A stretch of DNA of 64,000 nucleotides from the NCBI GenBank assembly GCA_019323515.1, contig JAHWHG010000002.1:18316-82315 (forward strand). The letters run 5' to 3'. This DNA is from Candidatus Woesearchaeota archaeon (GTDB lineage: Archaea > Nanobdellota > Nanobdellia > Woesearchaeales > JAHWHD01). The translations under genes and the position numbers were made by a program. Below the pieces are notes generated by a model. The model searched no databases. It had not been told where the DNA came from and was given only the letters and a program-made list of their open reading frames with translations. This document shows, one piece after another, positions 53,027-61,349 of this stretch (the first letter of the stretch is position 1; each line of letters starts with the position of its first letter).

Positions 53027-53184
53027 CAAGGATGCAGTTTGTTGAGAAATGGGCAAGGTTTGTTGTTGAACATCCAGATGAAGAATGGAGCAGGCTGCAG
53101 GCTGAACTGATTGATTCTCAAGTACAGAATGCTGAGCAAGTCAAACTGACAAAAGAACAGGTCAGGTTTATCAAAGGGTTTTAG
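53023..53184 (+). CDS. 53-aa protein translationally coupled to the nucleotidyltransferase-fold gene
   Basis: My translation is MTRMQFVEKWARFVVEHPDEEWSRLQAELIDSQVQNAEQVKLTKEQVRFIKGF. The ATG overlaps the upstream stop (ATGA). It is below the track cutoff. The track's antisense ORF 52906..53223 is the alternative reading. Confidence 0.4.
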   Translation: MTRMQFVEKWARFVVEHPDEEWSRLQAELIDSQVQNAEQVKLTKEQVRFIKGF

Positions 53185-53241
53185 GTTTTTCAGAAGTTTC
53201 TGGAGATTAGTTTTAAATATCATGTTTGGTTACTTGGTTTT

Positions 53242-53748
53242 ATGGTACTGAATCCGTTTGGTAAAGGGAAGAAGCCTGAGAAGGTTGAAAAGGTAGAGCT
53301 TGAGCCTGCCACTTTGGATGAGATCTTTCCAGCTAAAAAGCCGAGCTTTTATTCAAGATTGAAGCAGGATGTTAATTATTATTTGAAGGATCTTGCACTG
53401 GCTGGTATTGGCTGTTATTTCTTCTTTAGTCTGTTCTCGCATAACGGGTGCTTTGATTCGTTAAGGACAAAGGATGCTATGCAGTATCGTTCTAAGGATA
53501 ATCTTGTTAAAGTGGTTGAGTCTGTTGAGGAAGAGTGGAAGGATAATGAGCAGTATATGGTCTTAGATGGGTATAATCCTAAGGTCATAAGGAAGGTTAA
53601 GTTTAAGGACGGTTCTGATACATGGCTTAGCTACAGGACAATGGCGCATCAGCCTTACATGAAATGGTTGCACGGTGATGAGTTTGATCCTAAAGTAGGA
53701 GAAAGGTATGAAGTCAGGGGTAGGGTCATTGTGAGGAAGGTTGAATAG
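53242..53748 (+). CDS. Hypothetical single-TM protein
   Basis: ORF track 168 aa with one hydrophobic span (LALAGIGCYFFFSLF). Confidence 0.45.
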   Translation: MVLNPFGKGKKPEKVEKVELEPATLDEIFPAKKPSFYSRLKQDVNYYLKDLALAGIGCYFFFSLFSHNGCFDSLRTKDAMQYRSKDNLVKVVESVEEEWKDNEQYMVLDGYNPKVIRKVKFKDGSDTWLSYRTMAHQPYMKWLHGDEFDPKVGERYEVRGRVIVRKVE

Positions 53749-53773
53749 AATTCTTTAAAAAAAATAAAAAAAA

Positions 53774-54061
53774 TTAAAAGTAGAAAAATCCTCCTAAAAC
53801 CAGCATCAGAATTCCAACAGCTGTTCCGACTATGCTGACTATCAATCCTGCTTTTCCGAGACTTGTCTGGCCTGATTTTCTCTGCATGAACGAGAACACA
53901 ATACCGATTATCCCCAAAATTATTCCAGGAATCTCGTAATAGTCCAATGACACAAAACTCATCATTCCCATGACAAAACCTACAATTCCGTATGCTTCTG
54001 AGGCTGGTTTTATTATTGGTTTTGATGCAGTTGTCTTTGATATTACTGGCATAAGTATCAC
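53774..54061 (-). CDS. Small membrane protein
   Basis: ORF track 95 aa with Gly/Ile-rich TM spans. Confidence 0.45.
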   Translation of the reverse strand: MILMPVISKTTASKPIIKPASEAYGIVGFVMGMMSFVSLDYYEIPGIILGIIGIVFSFMQRKSGQTSLGKAGLIVSIVGTAVGILMLVLGGFFYF

Positions 54062-54326
54062 CTCTTTGGTGATGAGATGTTTTAATGGTTTATAAGGTTT
54101 ACTGAAAAGTTATCACTTTGCTCCTGAACCATCAGATGAAGGATGATGACGAGTTCTTTAAGCTGCAGGTTGAGTATGCAAAGAAAAAGGAGTATCTTAA
54201 CTATTCACAGGATTTCTTTTTTGTCGGAGTGAAAAGTTAATCCTCCTTTGGAAGTTTTTATGTCCGCTAAAGTGATTTAGTCAACCAAAAACTTTAAATA
54301 TCAATACACACTTATACACACTTAAA

Positions 54327-54674
54327 ATGAAGTTTCCGCTCACCAAGAAGGATATAATTGCAATGAACCAGGTGTTTGACCAGGGGATTTTGATCAATGA
54401 GGAGAGTCTTGACTTTGCTATAAGCTATGCTAGAATGACAGAGAACTGGGTAAAGGCTCTTGCTTTTTTGGTCAGAGCGATAAACGTTGACCATGTCTTT
54501 GAGGAAGGAAATAAGCGGACAGCTGCATTACTGATAGAGACCTATGTTGAGTTTGAAGGCCATAAGGTGTACAAGGATAAACTTGCTTTATTGATTGCTC
54601 GAATGGCAGCTAAAAGGGTAACAAGCATAAGAAGATTGGAGGAGATGATCAAAGATGTCATCAAGAATAGTTAA
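54327..54674 (+). CDS. doc: Doc (death-on-curing) family toxin
   Basis: ORF track 115 aa. HVFEEGNKRTAALL matches the Doc variant of the Fic motif (HxFx[D/N/E][A/G]NKR). Confidence 0.75.
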   Translation: MKFPLTKKDIIAMNQVFDQGILINEESLDFAISYARMTENWVKALAFLVRAINVDHVFEEGNKRTAALLIETYVEFEGHKVYKDKLALLIARMAAKRVTSIRRLEEMIKDVIKNS

Positions 54675-54879
54675 ACTTGCACAGCGGATAGCTGTAAGGG
54701 ATAAGAAGCTGTTTGATAGTCTTATTGAGTTTGAGAAGACTGGTAAAGTACGAACAAAGACAAGGTTAAACTTTACAATAGATAAGGATCTGGCTCTTCG
54801 TTTTAGAAAATTCTGTAGAGATAAAGGTTATAATATGAGTTCTAGGATTGAAAAGTGCATAGAGGAGATTATTGGTTAA
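54655..54879 (+). CDS. Ribbon-helix-helix (CopG-like) protein, putative Doc antitoxin
   Basis: ORF track 74 aa. LNFTIDKDLALRFRKFCRDKGYNMSSRIEKCIEEII has the beta-strand plus two helices RHH pattern. It overlaps the doc 3' end by 20 nt. Confidence 0.6.
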   Translation: MSSRIVKLAQRIAVRDKKLFDSLIEFEKTGKVRTKTRLNFTIDKDLALRFRKFCRDKGYNMSSRIEKCIEEIIG

Positions 54880-55165
54880 GTTTTTCGTACTCTTCATGCA
54901 TTCTCTTGTAATGTGCTTGTGCTTCCTGCATCATCTTTGTCCTTCTTTGATATTCCTCTGATCTCATCTTTTCCTGTTGTTCTGCGATGACTAATCTAGG
55001 GTCAGCGCAGCCATGGAATCTTTTAACTGGTCTGGACATTGCTGTGTAATATCTTACCAAAGGTCTAGACCTGCACGCAGGTGCATGGTAAGTTATAGGT
55101 TCTCTATTGACGCATCCAGATAAAATCAATGTTAAAGCACAAAGCGTTTTTTTTAGTTTGTTCAT
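54869..55165 (-). CDS. Small lipoprotein
   Basis: ORF track 98 aa. MNKLKKTLCALTLILSGCVN has a classical lipobox, L-S-G-C. Confidence 0.6.
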   Translation of the reverse strand: MNKLKKTLCALTLILSGCVNREPITYHAPACRSRPLVRYYTAMSRPVKRFHGCADPRLVIAEQQEKMRSEEYQRRTKMMQEAQAHYKRMHEEYEKLNQ

Positions 55166-55232
55166 GTCTTTGTTGTGAGAAAGTGTGGAATTTAAAGCTA
55201 ATTAATATTCTTGCTATGCTTAATATTAAGAA

Positions 55233-56126
55233 CTAATGTTTCTTTATGTAAGTTTCATGGAAGTCTCTTAGTGCTCCCATTAGACCGCGTTCAAGCGCAG
55301 GGTCAAAGTCATTGTAGTAGTATATTTTTCCAAAGCCCAGTGCAATGTGCTTTAAAGCTGATGCAACTGGCTGCAGTTTCTCGTGCTCTCCTACAAACTG
55401 GCTTTGCATCTCCCTTATCCTCTGGGCAAGAAGCCCTGCGATGTCGCGCCTTTTTGCTGCCTCTGCCCTGTCGTTCACAACCTTGCCCTTCATCCATCCA
55501 GGCTGAAGATTAAGCAGTTTATTGTAAGCTTCCTCAAGTTCCCAGTCCTGGGAGATGAAGCTCCATAAACTTCCGGCTGATTCCTTTTTTGCAAGGTCAA
55601 GGTATGCAACAGATGTCGCGTGTTCAAGAAGAACCTCAGCTGTGGTAGCGTCATGTTCATTGCAATGCTCAACAAGGCTTTTGTATGCTACAATCCTCCT
55701 TACATAATCCTGCTTGTATTTTCTTGGGATACCTGCTTCAACAGCGTCAATTATGTTGTAGACATACTCCTTTTGTTTCTGCGGTGAGACATCGTCTTTG
55801 ATATGTGAAGCCATCATAAGCACTTTTTTCTGTGCAAACACTGGCTGAAGACTTTCAAGGAATGAGATCATCCTGGTAGGTTTGGTTGAACGTTCCTTAA
55901 GCTCTTTCTTTTGTTCAAGTAGATATTCTAACTCAGAGTCAGGTGCGTCCTTCTGGATCTGGTCAATAACTGCCCTAAGCTTGTCAATGTTGCCCTTGTA
56001 AGGGTCAAAGCATGCAACAACCCTTGCAAGACAGTCAGAGCTAGAATGTTTCCTAAACTTCTTATAATCAATATCCCACTCGTTCAGGTTCAGTGATTCC
56101 TTTAACATTTCCCCTTCCATAGTCAC
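55233..56126 (-). CDS. Hypothetical all-helical protein
   Basis: ORF track 297 aa. No motif recognised. Confidence 0.5.
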   Translation of the reverse strand: MTMEGEMLKESLNLNEWDIDYKKFRKHSSSDCLARVVACFDPYKGNIDKLRAVIDQIQKDAPDSELEYLLEQKKELKERSTKPTRMISFLESLQPVFAQKKVLMMASHIKDDVSPQKQKEYVYNIIDAVEAGIPRKYKQDYVRRIVAYKSLVEHCNEHDATTAEVLLEHATSVAYLDLAKKESAGSLWSFISQDWELEEAYNKLLNLQPGWMKGKVVNDRAEAAKRRDIAGLLAQRIREMQSQFVGEHEKLQPVASALKHIALGFGKIYYYNDFDPALERGLMGALRDFHETYIKKH

Positions 56127-56194
56127 ATTATAGATAGTGGTTGGTTATAAAGGTTGGGGATTAGTTTTATAAGATACTCACTTCTATCGCCTCT

Positions 56195-56566
56195 ATGAAA
56201 CAAATAAATATGTTAAATTCTTTGGCTGAACTGATAAGGTTCAGGAATGGTGAGAGAAATTATGTGTTTGACCTTGAGACTGTGGCTTGTTATTGTGAGG
56301 GTTCTGGTAATCTTGAAGTTTATTTAGTTAAGCCAAGATTGGGAGAGTATAAGAGAGTCACCCAGAGAGGTGCCAGGAACGTGCTTGCAGCTTATAATAA
56401 GGAATTAGAGGAAGAAGCTGAGGAGTATGATGAAAAGATGAAAGACATAGATTTTCAGGCTACACTTGAAAGGGTTGGACAGGCTTACTGGATGACCAAT
56501 GAAGAAGCTGACTACTGCGGATTATCACGCGGTGATGATAGGAATATTGAGTTTCTTGAGATTTAA
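56195..56566 (+). CDS. Hypothetical protein
   Basis: ORF track 123 aa. No motif recognised. Confidence 0.45.
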   Translation: MKQINMLNSLAELIRFRNGERNYVFDLETVACYCEGSGNLEVYLVKPRLGEYKRVTQRGARNVLAAYNKELEEEAEEYDEKMKDIDFQATLERVGQAYWMTNEEADYCGLSRGDDRNIEFLEI

Positions 56567-56602
56567 TTCTTTTTTTTAATTATCTTTAAATAATTCTTGC
56601 TT

Positions 56603-57664
56603 CTAGCCCATGTACTTCAACAGTTCTTCTGTCAATAGCTCTTTAGGAGGGATTCTTTTGTCAGGGTCAGGGTTTAGGTAGTAGCGGCATCTTTCTAAAA
56701 GTTTTCTGGACCATACTCCCTCAGGTGACCATTCAAATGCTCCATAATATCCCATTATCTCTCCCTCAGATACAACTTCTTCCAGCTTTTTATAAAAATG
56801 TGAAAATAAGTCTACATATTCATTATAATGATCTTTTATCTTTCCTGGGTAGTTTTTGTCTTTGGACCAATCAATAAAATCTTCATAGTAGGTAATCGGT
56901 CTCCAATCTATATCTTTGGTCTCTGGAAACAGACCTTTATCCACAAAGTCCTGAAGCTGCTCTAAAAAACCTTTTGCCTTGACACGAATATATGTGCATT
57001 TTGGGGAACTTTTATACCAGTCCCTTATGATCAGCTGCTCTAACAAGGCATTGATTATAACCAGGCCATACGAGTATATGTCAGAATTCTTATGTAGCCT
57101 GCAATCATCAAACTCAGGTGGTCTGAACATCCTGTTAAAATATAAACCGTTGTCATCTTCAAATCTGCAAGCAATACCAAAATCAATTAATTTTGATTTT
57201 GTCATGTTCATTGGTCTTATGTCCTTGTGCGCTATCCCTTTATGTCTTAGATAGTAAATTGCAGGCTCGATCTTGTCTAAGTGCTGGATAGGATAGTTTA
57301 TCCAAAAATTTTTATGGTAATCAGTTTCCAGAGCAAACACTATTGCAGGAAGTCCATCAAAATAAGTTGTGTCGTGTAAAGATATTATGTTAGGATGGTG
57401 AAGCTGTTTAAGGATGGCGACTTCGTTTTCAAACCTCTCTATATGTGTCAAATGATTTAGCATATGGGACATGCCTGTACTCTGGATATGTTCCTTATCA
57501 ATAAGGTCATTAGGGATGTTTAACTTTGCAGCGAGTGACTGTGGAGAAGCCAGCCAATATACCTGGCTCAAGCAGTCCCTTATACATCCAGATAAAGGTA
57601 AAAACACTGTGTACTTGCCGTCATCTGAAACCTGGTCACGACTTAGCAATAATCCATCTCCCAT
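56603..57664 (-). CDS. Hanks-type protein kinase paralog K4
   Basis: ORF track 353 aa with AAKLNIPN, NEVAILKQLHHPNI, HKDIRPMNM, DFG, PPEF, SDIYSYG and YYLNPDPDKRIPPKELLTEELLKYMG. Confidence 0.8.
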   Translation of the reverse strand: MGDGLLLSRDQVSDDGKYTVFLPLSGCIRDCLSQVYWLASPQSLAAKLNIPNDLIDKEHIQSTGMSHMLNHLTHIERFENEVAILKQLHHPNIISLHDTTYFDGLPAIVFALETDYHKNFWINYPIQHLDKIEPAIYYLRHKGIAHKDIRPMNMTKSKLIDFGIACRFEDDNGLYFNRMFRPPEFDDCRLHKNSDIYSYGLVIINALLEQLIIRDWYKSSPKCTYIRVKAKGFLEQLQDFVDKGLFPETKDIDWRPITYYEDFIDWSKDKNYPGKIKDHYNEYVDLFSHFYKKLEEVVSEGEIMGYYGAFEWSPEGVWSRKLLERCRYYLNPDPDKRIPPKELLTEELLKYMG

Positions 57665-57753
57665 AGGGTTAGCTAGTGATAGAAGGATTTAAAGGTTATT
57701 GTGAGGGGTTAAGTGAATAAATATTTATAAATCCTTTACTGGTTCTTTGGATT

Positions 57754-58605
57754 ATGATAACATTATATGACTTTCTTAAGTCTGAGAGTCTTAGGGAGTT
57801 GGAGCAGAGGTACCTTTCTCAAGGTTATGAGTTCTCTATCGAGGAGGCTATTGAGGACTGGCAGAAGCTTAAGCAGGATAGATGTGAAAAGAAGGTCCTG
57901 TGCAGGACTGAGAATCTTAAAGTTGATGGTTGTGATTATCATGTACATGGGATATGTCATTCTAAATATATAAGTGAGAAGCACAGGGATATGTTTAAGA
58001 GTAAGGAAACTTTATGGTTCTATGAAGAGAACCTTGGAAGGCATATTGATGTGCATGGTATAGAGGTGTATGACCATGCATTGTTTGACAGGGATGATGT
58101 GTGGCAGATGTCAATGGAGGATGATTTCAGTGCACTTGAGCTGTTCTTTAAATCGTTAAGGAAGAAGAAGGCAGACAAAGCTGAGAGGTCTTTAGGTATG
58201 CCAGCTGAAGTTGCGTATTCCCTGCCTTTCTACCTTGTGATGGACTTAGCAGGAGGGAAGGTTGCTAATCTGACAGGAGATAGGTCGAGGTTAGCTGCAA
58301 GGTCTGCTTTCCAGGCTGCTTTTATGAAAAAGTTTGAGTTCAAGGATAAGTCAATAGTTGTAGGTGATGCGCATCGTGGGCCTGTTAAGTATTTCCTTAA
58401 GAACGGTGTGAAGGATGGGTATATTAATGCATTGGCTGATTATTATTATGAACTGTTCATGATGGACCAGAAGAAGTATTACATGTCTAAACCTTCAAGA
58501 GAGTTAGGTTATAGGATGATGAACCTTTATGCTGTGCTGTGGAAGAACCGATATGGGTTATTGTTTGATGCTGTGCTGTTGAATGTTGCTTTTGGGTTGT
58601 TGTGA
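57754..58605 (+). CDS. TraB/Tiki-superfamily-like protein
   Basis: ORF track 283 aa. YHVHGICHS...WFYEENL...RSRLAARSAFQAAFM...IVVGDAHRGPVKYFL fits the GxxH...E...R...GxxH layout of TraB/PrgY/Tiki proteins (tentative). It is divergent from K4. Confidence 0.45.
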   Translation: MITLYDFLKSESLRELEQRYLSQGYEFSIEEAIEDWQKLKQDRCEKKVLCRTENLKVDGCDYHVHGICHSKYISEKHRDMFKSKETLWFYEENLGRHIDVHGIEVYDHALFDRDDVWQMSMEDDFSALELFFKSLRKKKADKAERSLGMPAEVAYSLPFYLVMDLAGGKVANLTGDRSRLAARSAFQAAFMKKFEFKDKSIVVGDAHRGPVKYFLKNGVKDGYINALADYYYELFMMDQKKYYMSKPSRELGYRMMNLYAVLWKNRYGLLFDAVLLNVAFGLL

Positions 58606-58615
58606 ACGAGATTGG

Positions 58616-59032
58616 TCAGGAAAGAAGTTCCTTAATCTGGCTGATAAACTTAAGCATGCTATCAATTAAATCAGATGCTTCTTCCTTTGAGACATCTTTG
58701 CCATAATAATTTATCTGGTTTCTTAATCTCCTGAACCTGTCAAAGGTTTCTGCAAGGTTTGGCTTATCAAGTATCTCTTTAAGAAAAGCGACATAGCATT
58801 GGTGGTTATAGATCTTGTATCCTTCACTGATCGCCAAAGCTTCTAAAAGTTCCCTTAAAGATTCATATAGAAGACTTAACTTTGAAGATGCTGTAGTATC
58901 ATTGAGCTCAAGCATCGACTGTGTTTCCAGTTTCTTTGCAGAAGAATCTTTCAGAGATTTAATCAGGCTTTTATCAATAGTGATACTTTTTACCATATCA
59001 TTCATATTACAAGCTTTCCAGTCCATCACCAT
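58616..59032 (-). CDS. HEPN domain protein (toxin partner of MNT)
   Basis: ORF track 138 aa, four-helix-like. FDRFRRLRNQINYYG matches the R-x-x-R-N-x-x-x-Y HEPN (PF05168-type) signature. It overlaps the upstream MNT gene by 7 nt. Confidence 0.7.
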   Translation of the reverse strand: MVMDWKACNMNDMVKSITIDKSLIKSLKDSSAKKLETQSMLELNDTTASSKLSLLYESLRELLEALAISEGYKIYNHQCYVAFLKEILDKPNLAETFDRFRRLRNQINYYGKDVSKEEASDLIDSMLKFISQIKELLS

Positions 59033-59517
59033 GCACCTGAAAGTATGTGGCCGTTAAGAATGTTGTTCAACAACTGTTTTGGTACAGATTTCTTATCCTT
59101 GAATATGAACAGTTGTATCTCCCTTTTTTTATGCTTTAATAGTGGTTTTTTTGTAGAAGAAGTGAATACAGCAATATCAATATCTGAACCAGGCTTGACC
59201 TCAGCTTTTGAAAGTGAACCGAAAAGGATTATCAAAGGATCTATCAGCTCTTTTTCCATCTGTTTTACTAGAGGTTCCAGCTCCAGGCTCCAGTAAACTC
59301 TTGAAAGGTCCCTAAAAAGTTTGCTCTCCTTGTCTGCAGAATAAAAGATATAGTTCCTGTCAAGCTCCTTTGTTAGTAGCCCTTGATCCTTGTAATAAGT
59401 CAAAAGCTTTGAAGCAGTAGGGGCTGTTATGCCAATCAACCTGGCGTATTCCCTTACATTTATCCTTCTATAACAGTCTTCAAAAAAGGGTTTTAAATCG
59501 TTTAATATATTTAACAT
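59026..59517 (-). CDS. wHTH + minimal nucleotidyltransferase (MNT) protein
   Basis: ORF track 163 aa with an N-terminal HTH (YARLIGITAPTASKLLTYYKDQGLL) followed by GSLSKAEVKPGSDIDIAVF (GS...DxD). Confidence 0.75.
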   Translation of the reverse strand: MLNILNDLKPFFEDCYRRINVREYARLIGITAPTASKLLTYYKDQGLLTKELDRNYIFYSADKESKLFRDLSRVYWSLELEPLVKQMEKELIDPLIILFGSLSKAEVKPGSDIDIAVFTSSTKKPLLKHKKREIQLFIFKDKKSVPKQLLNNILNGHILSGAW

Positions 59518-59526
59518 ATGTTAAAT
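59509..59526. promoter_or_regulatory. Perfect 18-bp palindrome over the MNT start codon (candidate operator)
   Basis: ATTTAACATATGTTAAAT is centred on CATATG and includes the MNT ATG (59517). An imperfect second copy, TTTTAACATATGTAAAT, lies at about 59564..59580. Confidence 0.45.
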
Positions 59527-59640
59527 ATTATTTACAGTGATATTTAAATGTTTCGTTAAATTATTTTAACATATGTAAATAATTCTTTACAAGCGTTTGG
59601 TGAATGTTGCTTTTGGATTGATGTAGCGAAAAGTGTTTGA

Positions 59641-59679
59641 GGTGTCTACAAAAACGTAATATTTAAATATGTAGACACC
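59641..59679. repeat. Inverted repeat GGTGTCTACA-(19 nt)-TGTAGACACC upstream of fic
   Basis: ggtgtctacaaaaacgtaatatttaaatatgtagacacc. The loop contains a TATA-like atatttaaata. The repeat ends 13 nt before ATG 59692. Confidence 0.8.
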
Positions 59680-59691
59680 TTTTAATCCTAT

Positions 59692-60579
59692 ATGTTCATA
59701 GAAATAAGAGAAGTAGGTAAAAGCAAGAAGTATTATCTTATACATACCTATAGGTCAAAGGGTAAAGTAAAACGTCTATCTAAATATCTTGGTTCTAATC
59801 TAAGTAAAATTAAACTGCAAAAATTACGGAAAAAGGCAGAGCAGCAGATATCAGAGGAGATAAAAGAGAAGGATATTCTTGGATTTGAACTGTCAAAAGA
59901 TGAGATCGAAAAATACAAAAGATATGAAAGGGATATAGAGATCAAACATCTGCAAAACTGGCAGAAGTTTACTGAGAATTTTACCTATAATACAAACGCG
60001 ATCGAGGGCTCAACAGTTGCGTTATCTGAGGTAAGGGAACTGCTTAGAGGAGAGGACAAGCCTCATGATAATGATGAAATTGAAACATTAAATGTTGCAG
60101 AGGCGATTGAGTTCATCAAAAATTCTAAACTGAAGGTTACAGTTGCGTTTATCAAGAAGTTACATAAGATCTGCTTTAACAGGACAAAACGGTTTGCAGG
60201 CAAGTTAAGGGATGTTAATGTGGTGATCCGTGATTCAAAAGGGATGGTTGTTCATGAAGGTGCTCCAGTTGACCAGCTAAAACTACTGCTTGAAGAACTT
60301 TGCACTTGGTATGAAAAACATAAAAGGAAATATCCTGCATTGCTGCTTGCTGCAGTGATGCATAACCAGTTTGAAAAGATCCATCCATTTCAGGATGGTA
60401 ATGGAAGGGTTGGCAGGTTACTGCTTAATTATGTACTAATAAGGCATGATTATCCGCCAATCAATATCAGGCTTAAGGATAGGGCAAGATATTATCGTTG
60501 CTTGCATGAGTATGATAATAAGAACGATATCAAATCAACCCTGAAATTTCTGATAAACCAGTACAAAAAACAATATTAG
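59692..60579 (+). CDS. fic: Fic family protein
   Basis: ORF track 295 aa. HPFQDGNGRVGRLL is the canonical Fic motif HxFx(D/E)GNGRxxR. Confidence 0.9.
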   Translation: MFIEIREVGKSKKYYLIHTYRSKGKVKRLSKYLGSNLSKIKLQKLRKKAEQQISEEIKEKDILGFELSKDEIEKYKRYERDIEIKHLQNWQKFTENFTYNTNAIEGSTVALSEVRELLRGEDKPHDNDEIETLNVAEAIEFIKNSKLKVTVAFIKKLHKICFNRTKRFAGKLRDVNVVIRDSKGMVVHEGAPVDQLKLLLEELCTWYEKHKRKYPALLLAAVMHNQFEKIHPFQDGNGRVGRLLLNYVLIRHDYPPINIRLKDRARYYRCLHEYDNKNDIKSTLKFLINQYKKQY

Positions 60580-60607
60580 GTGTCTACATTTTGTTTGTGT
60601 AGACACC
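60579..60607. repeat. Inverted repeat GGTGTCTACA-(9 nt)-TGTAGACACC immediately after fic
   Basis: ggtgtctacattttgtttgtgtagacacc has the same 10-nt arms as 59641..59679. It starts at the last base of the fic stop codon. Confidence 0.8.
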
Positions 60608-60652
60608 TGGAGTAAATAAATATTTATAAATTATTATTGAGTTCTTAGTGTT

Positions 60653-61291
60653 ATGGATATTATACTTGCTATTCGGGATATGAACTTTACTTTAAGTGAT
60701 GCAATCAACGGTGTTAGTGAATCGGACTATGAATTCTATACATGCAAGCAAAGGGATGATATTGAGCTGTTGAAAGGAGGGTTAGGCGAGTTAGTGGGAG
60801 CTTATGTTATAGAGCAGCTGCTGCAGGAGTTTCCGATAAAGGTTTATAATGAATATTATAGGTCAGGAGTGGTTGAGCTGAAGCCAAGGCATGGGCTTGA
60901 TGCGTTAAGGATAAAGGATAAGAGAAGTGATGAAAAGTGCGAGGTTGATAATCTTTTTAGTTATAAAGGAAGGGCGTACATACTTGAGTCAAAGGTTGGA
61001 TTATCATTGCTTTTGCAGAGTTATGAAAGGCAGATAGAGCTTGTCAAAAGGTTACTCGGAATGAAACCTTATATGATTGAATTAAGGTTGTGTAGACGGA
61101 ATGCTGTGCATCAACAGATGGATGATTGGTACACAGTGTTCTTTCCTCTTAAGGAGCAGATTGAAGAAGAGGCTAGGGAGTTGTTAAAGACATTTAGGGA
61201 GAAGTATGTTGTTAGGAAGAAGGTTAAAAGGAAGAAAGGGAGGAGGAGGAAGAATGAGAGGTTTAGGGGGAACAATACTTTCTTCAATTAA
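60653..61291 (+). CDS. Hypothetical protein with Lys/Arg-rich C-terminal tail
   Basis: ORF track 212 aa. A possible D...ExK arrangement (EVDNLFSYKGRAYILESK) hints at a PD-(D/E)xK fold, but this is weak. The tail is KKVKRKKGRRRKNERFRG. Confidence 0.45.
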   Translation: MDIILAIRDMNFTLSDAINGVSESDYEFYTCKQRDDIELLKGGLGELVGAYVIEQLLQEFPIKVYNEYYRSGVVELKPRHGLDALRIKDKRSDEKCEVDNLFSYKGRAYILESKVGLSLLLQSYERQIELVKRLLGMKPYMIELRLCRRNAVHQQMDDWYTVFFPLKEQIEEEARELLKTFREKYVVRKKVKRKKGRRRKNERFRGNNTFFN

Positions 61292-61349
61292 AGTTTTTTT
61301 AACCCTTCTGCGATAAATTAATATATAAGCTTGCTTTATTACTTTTATT

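Noticed and set aside
54134-54238. 34-aa ORF (MKDDDEFFKLQVEYAKKKEYLNYSQDFFFVGVKS) in the 265-bp spacer before doc
   Set aside because: No SD or TATA lies at a suitable distance and it is too short to judge. It might be a gene remnant, but I cannot support it.
55211-55675. Short ORFs 55211..55513, 55309..55497, 55383..55568 and 55490..55675
   Set aside because: All are nested in or antisense to the 297-aa ORF 55233..56126. None has start signals or motifs.
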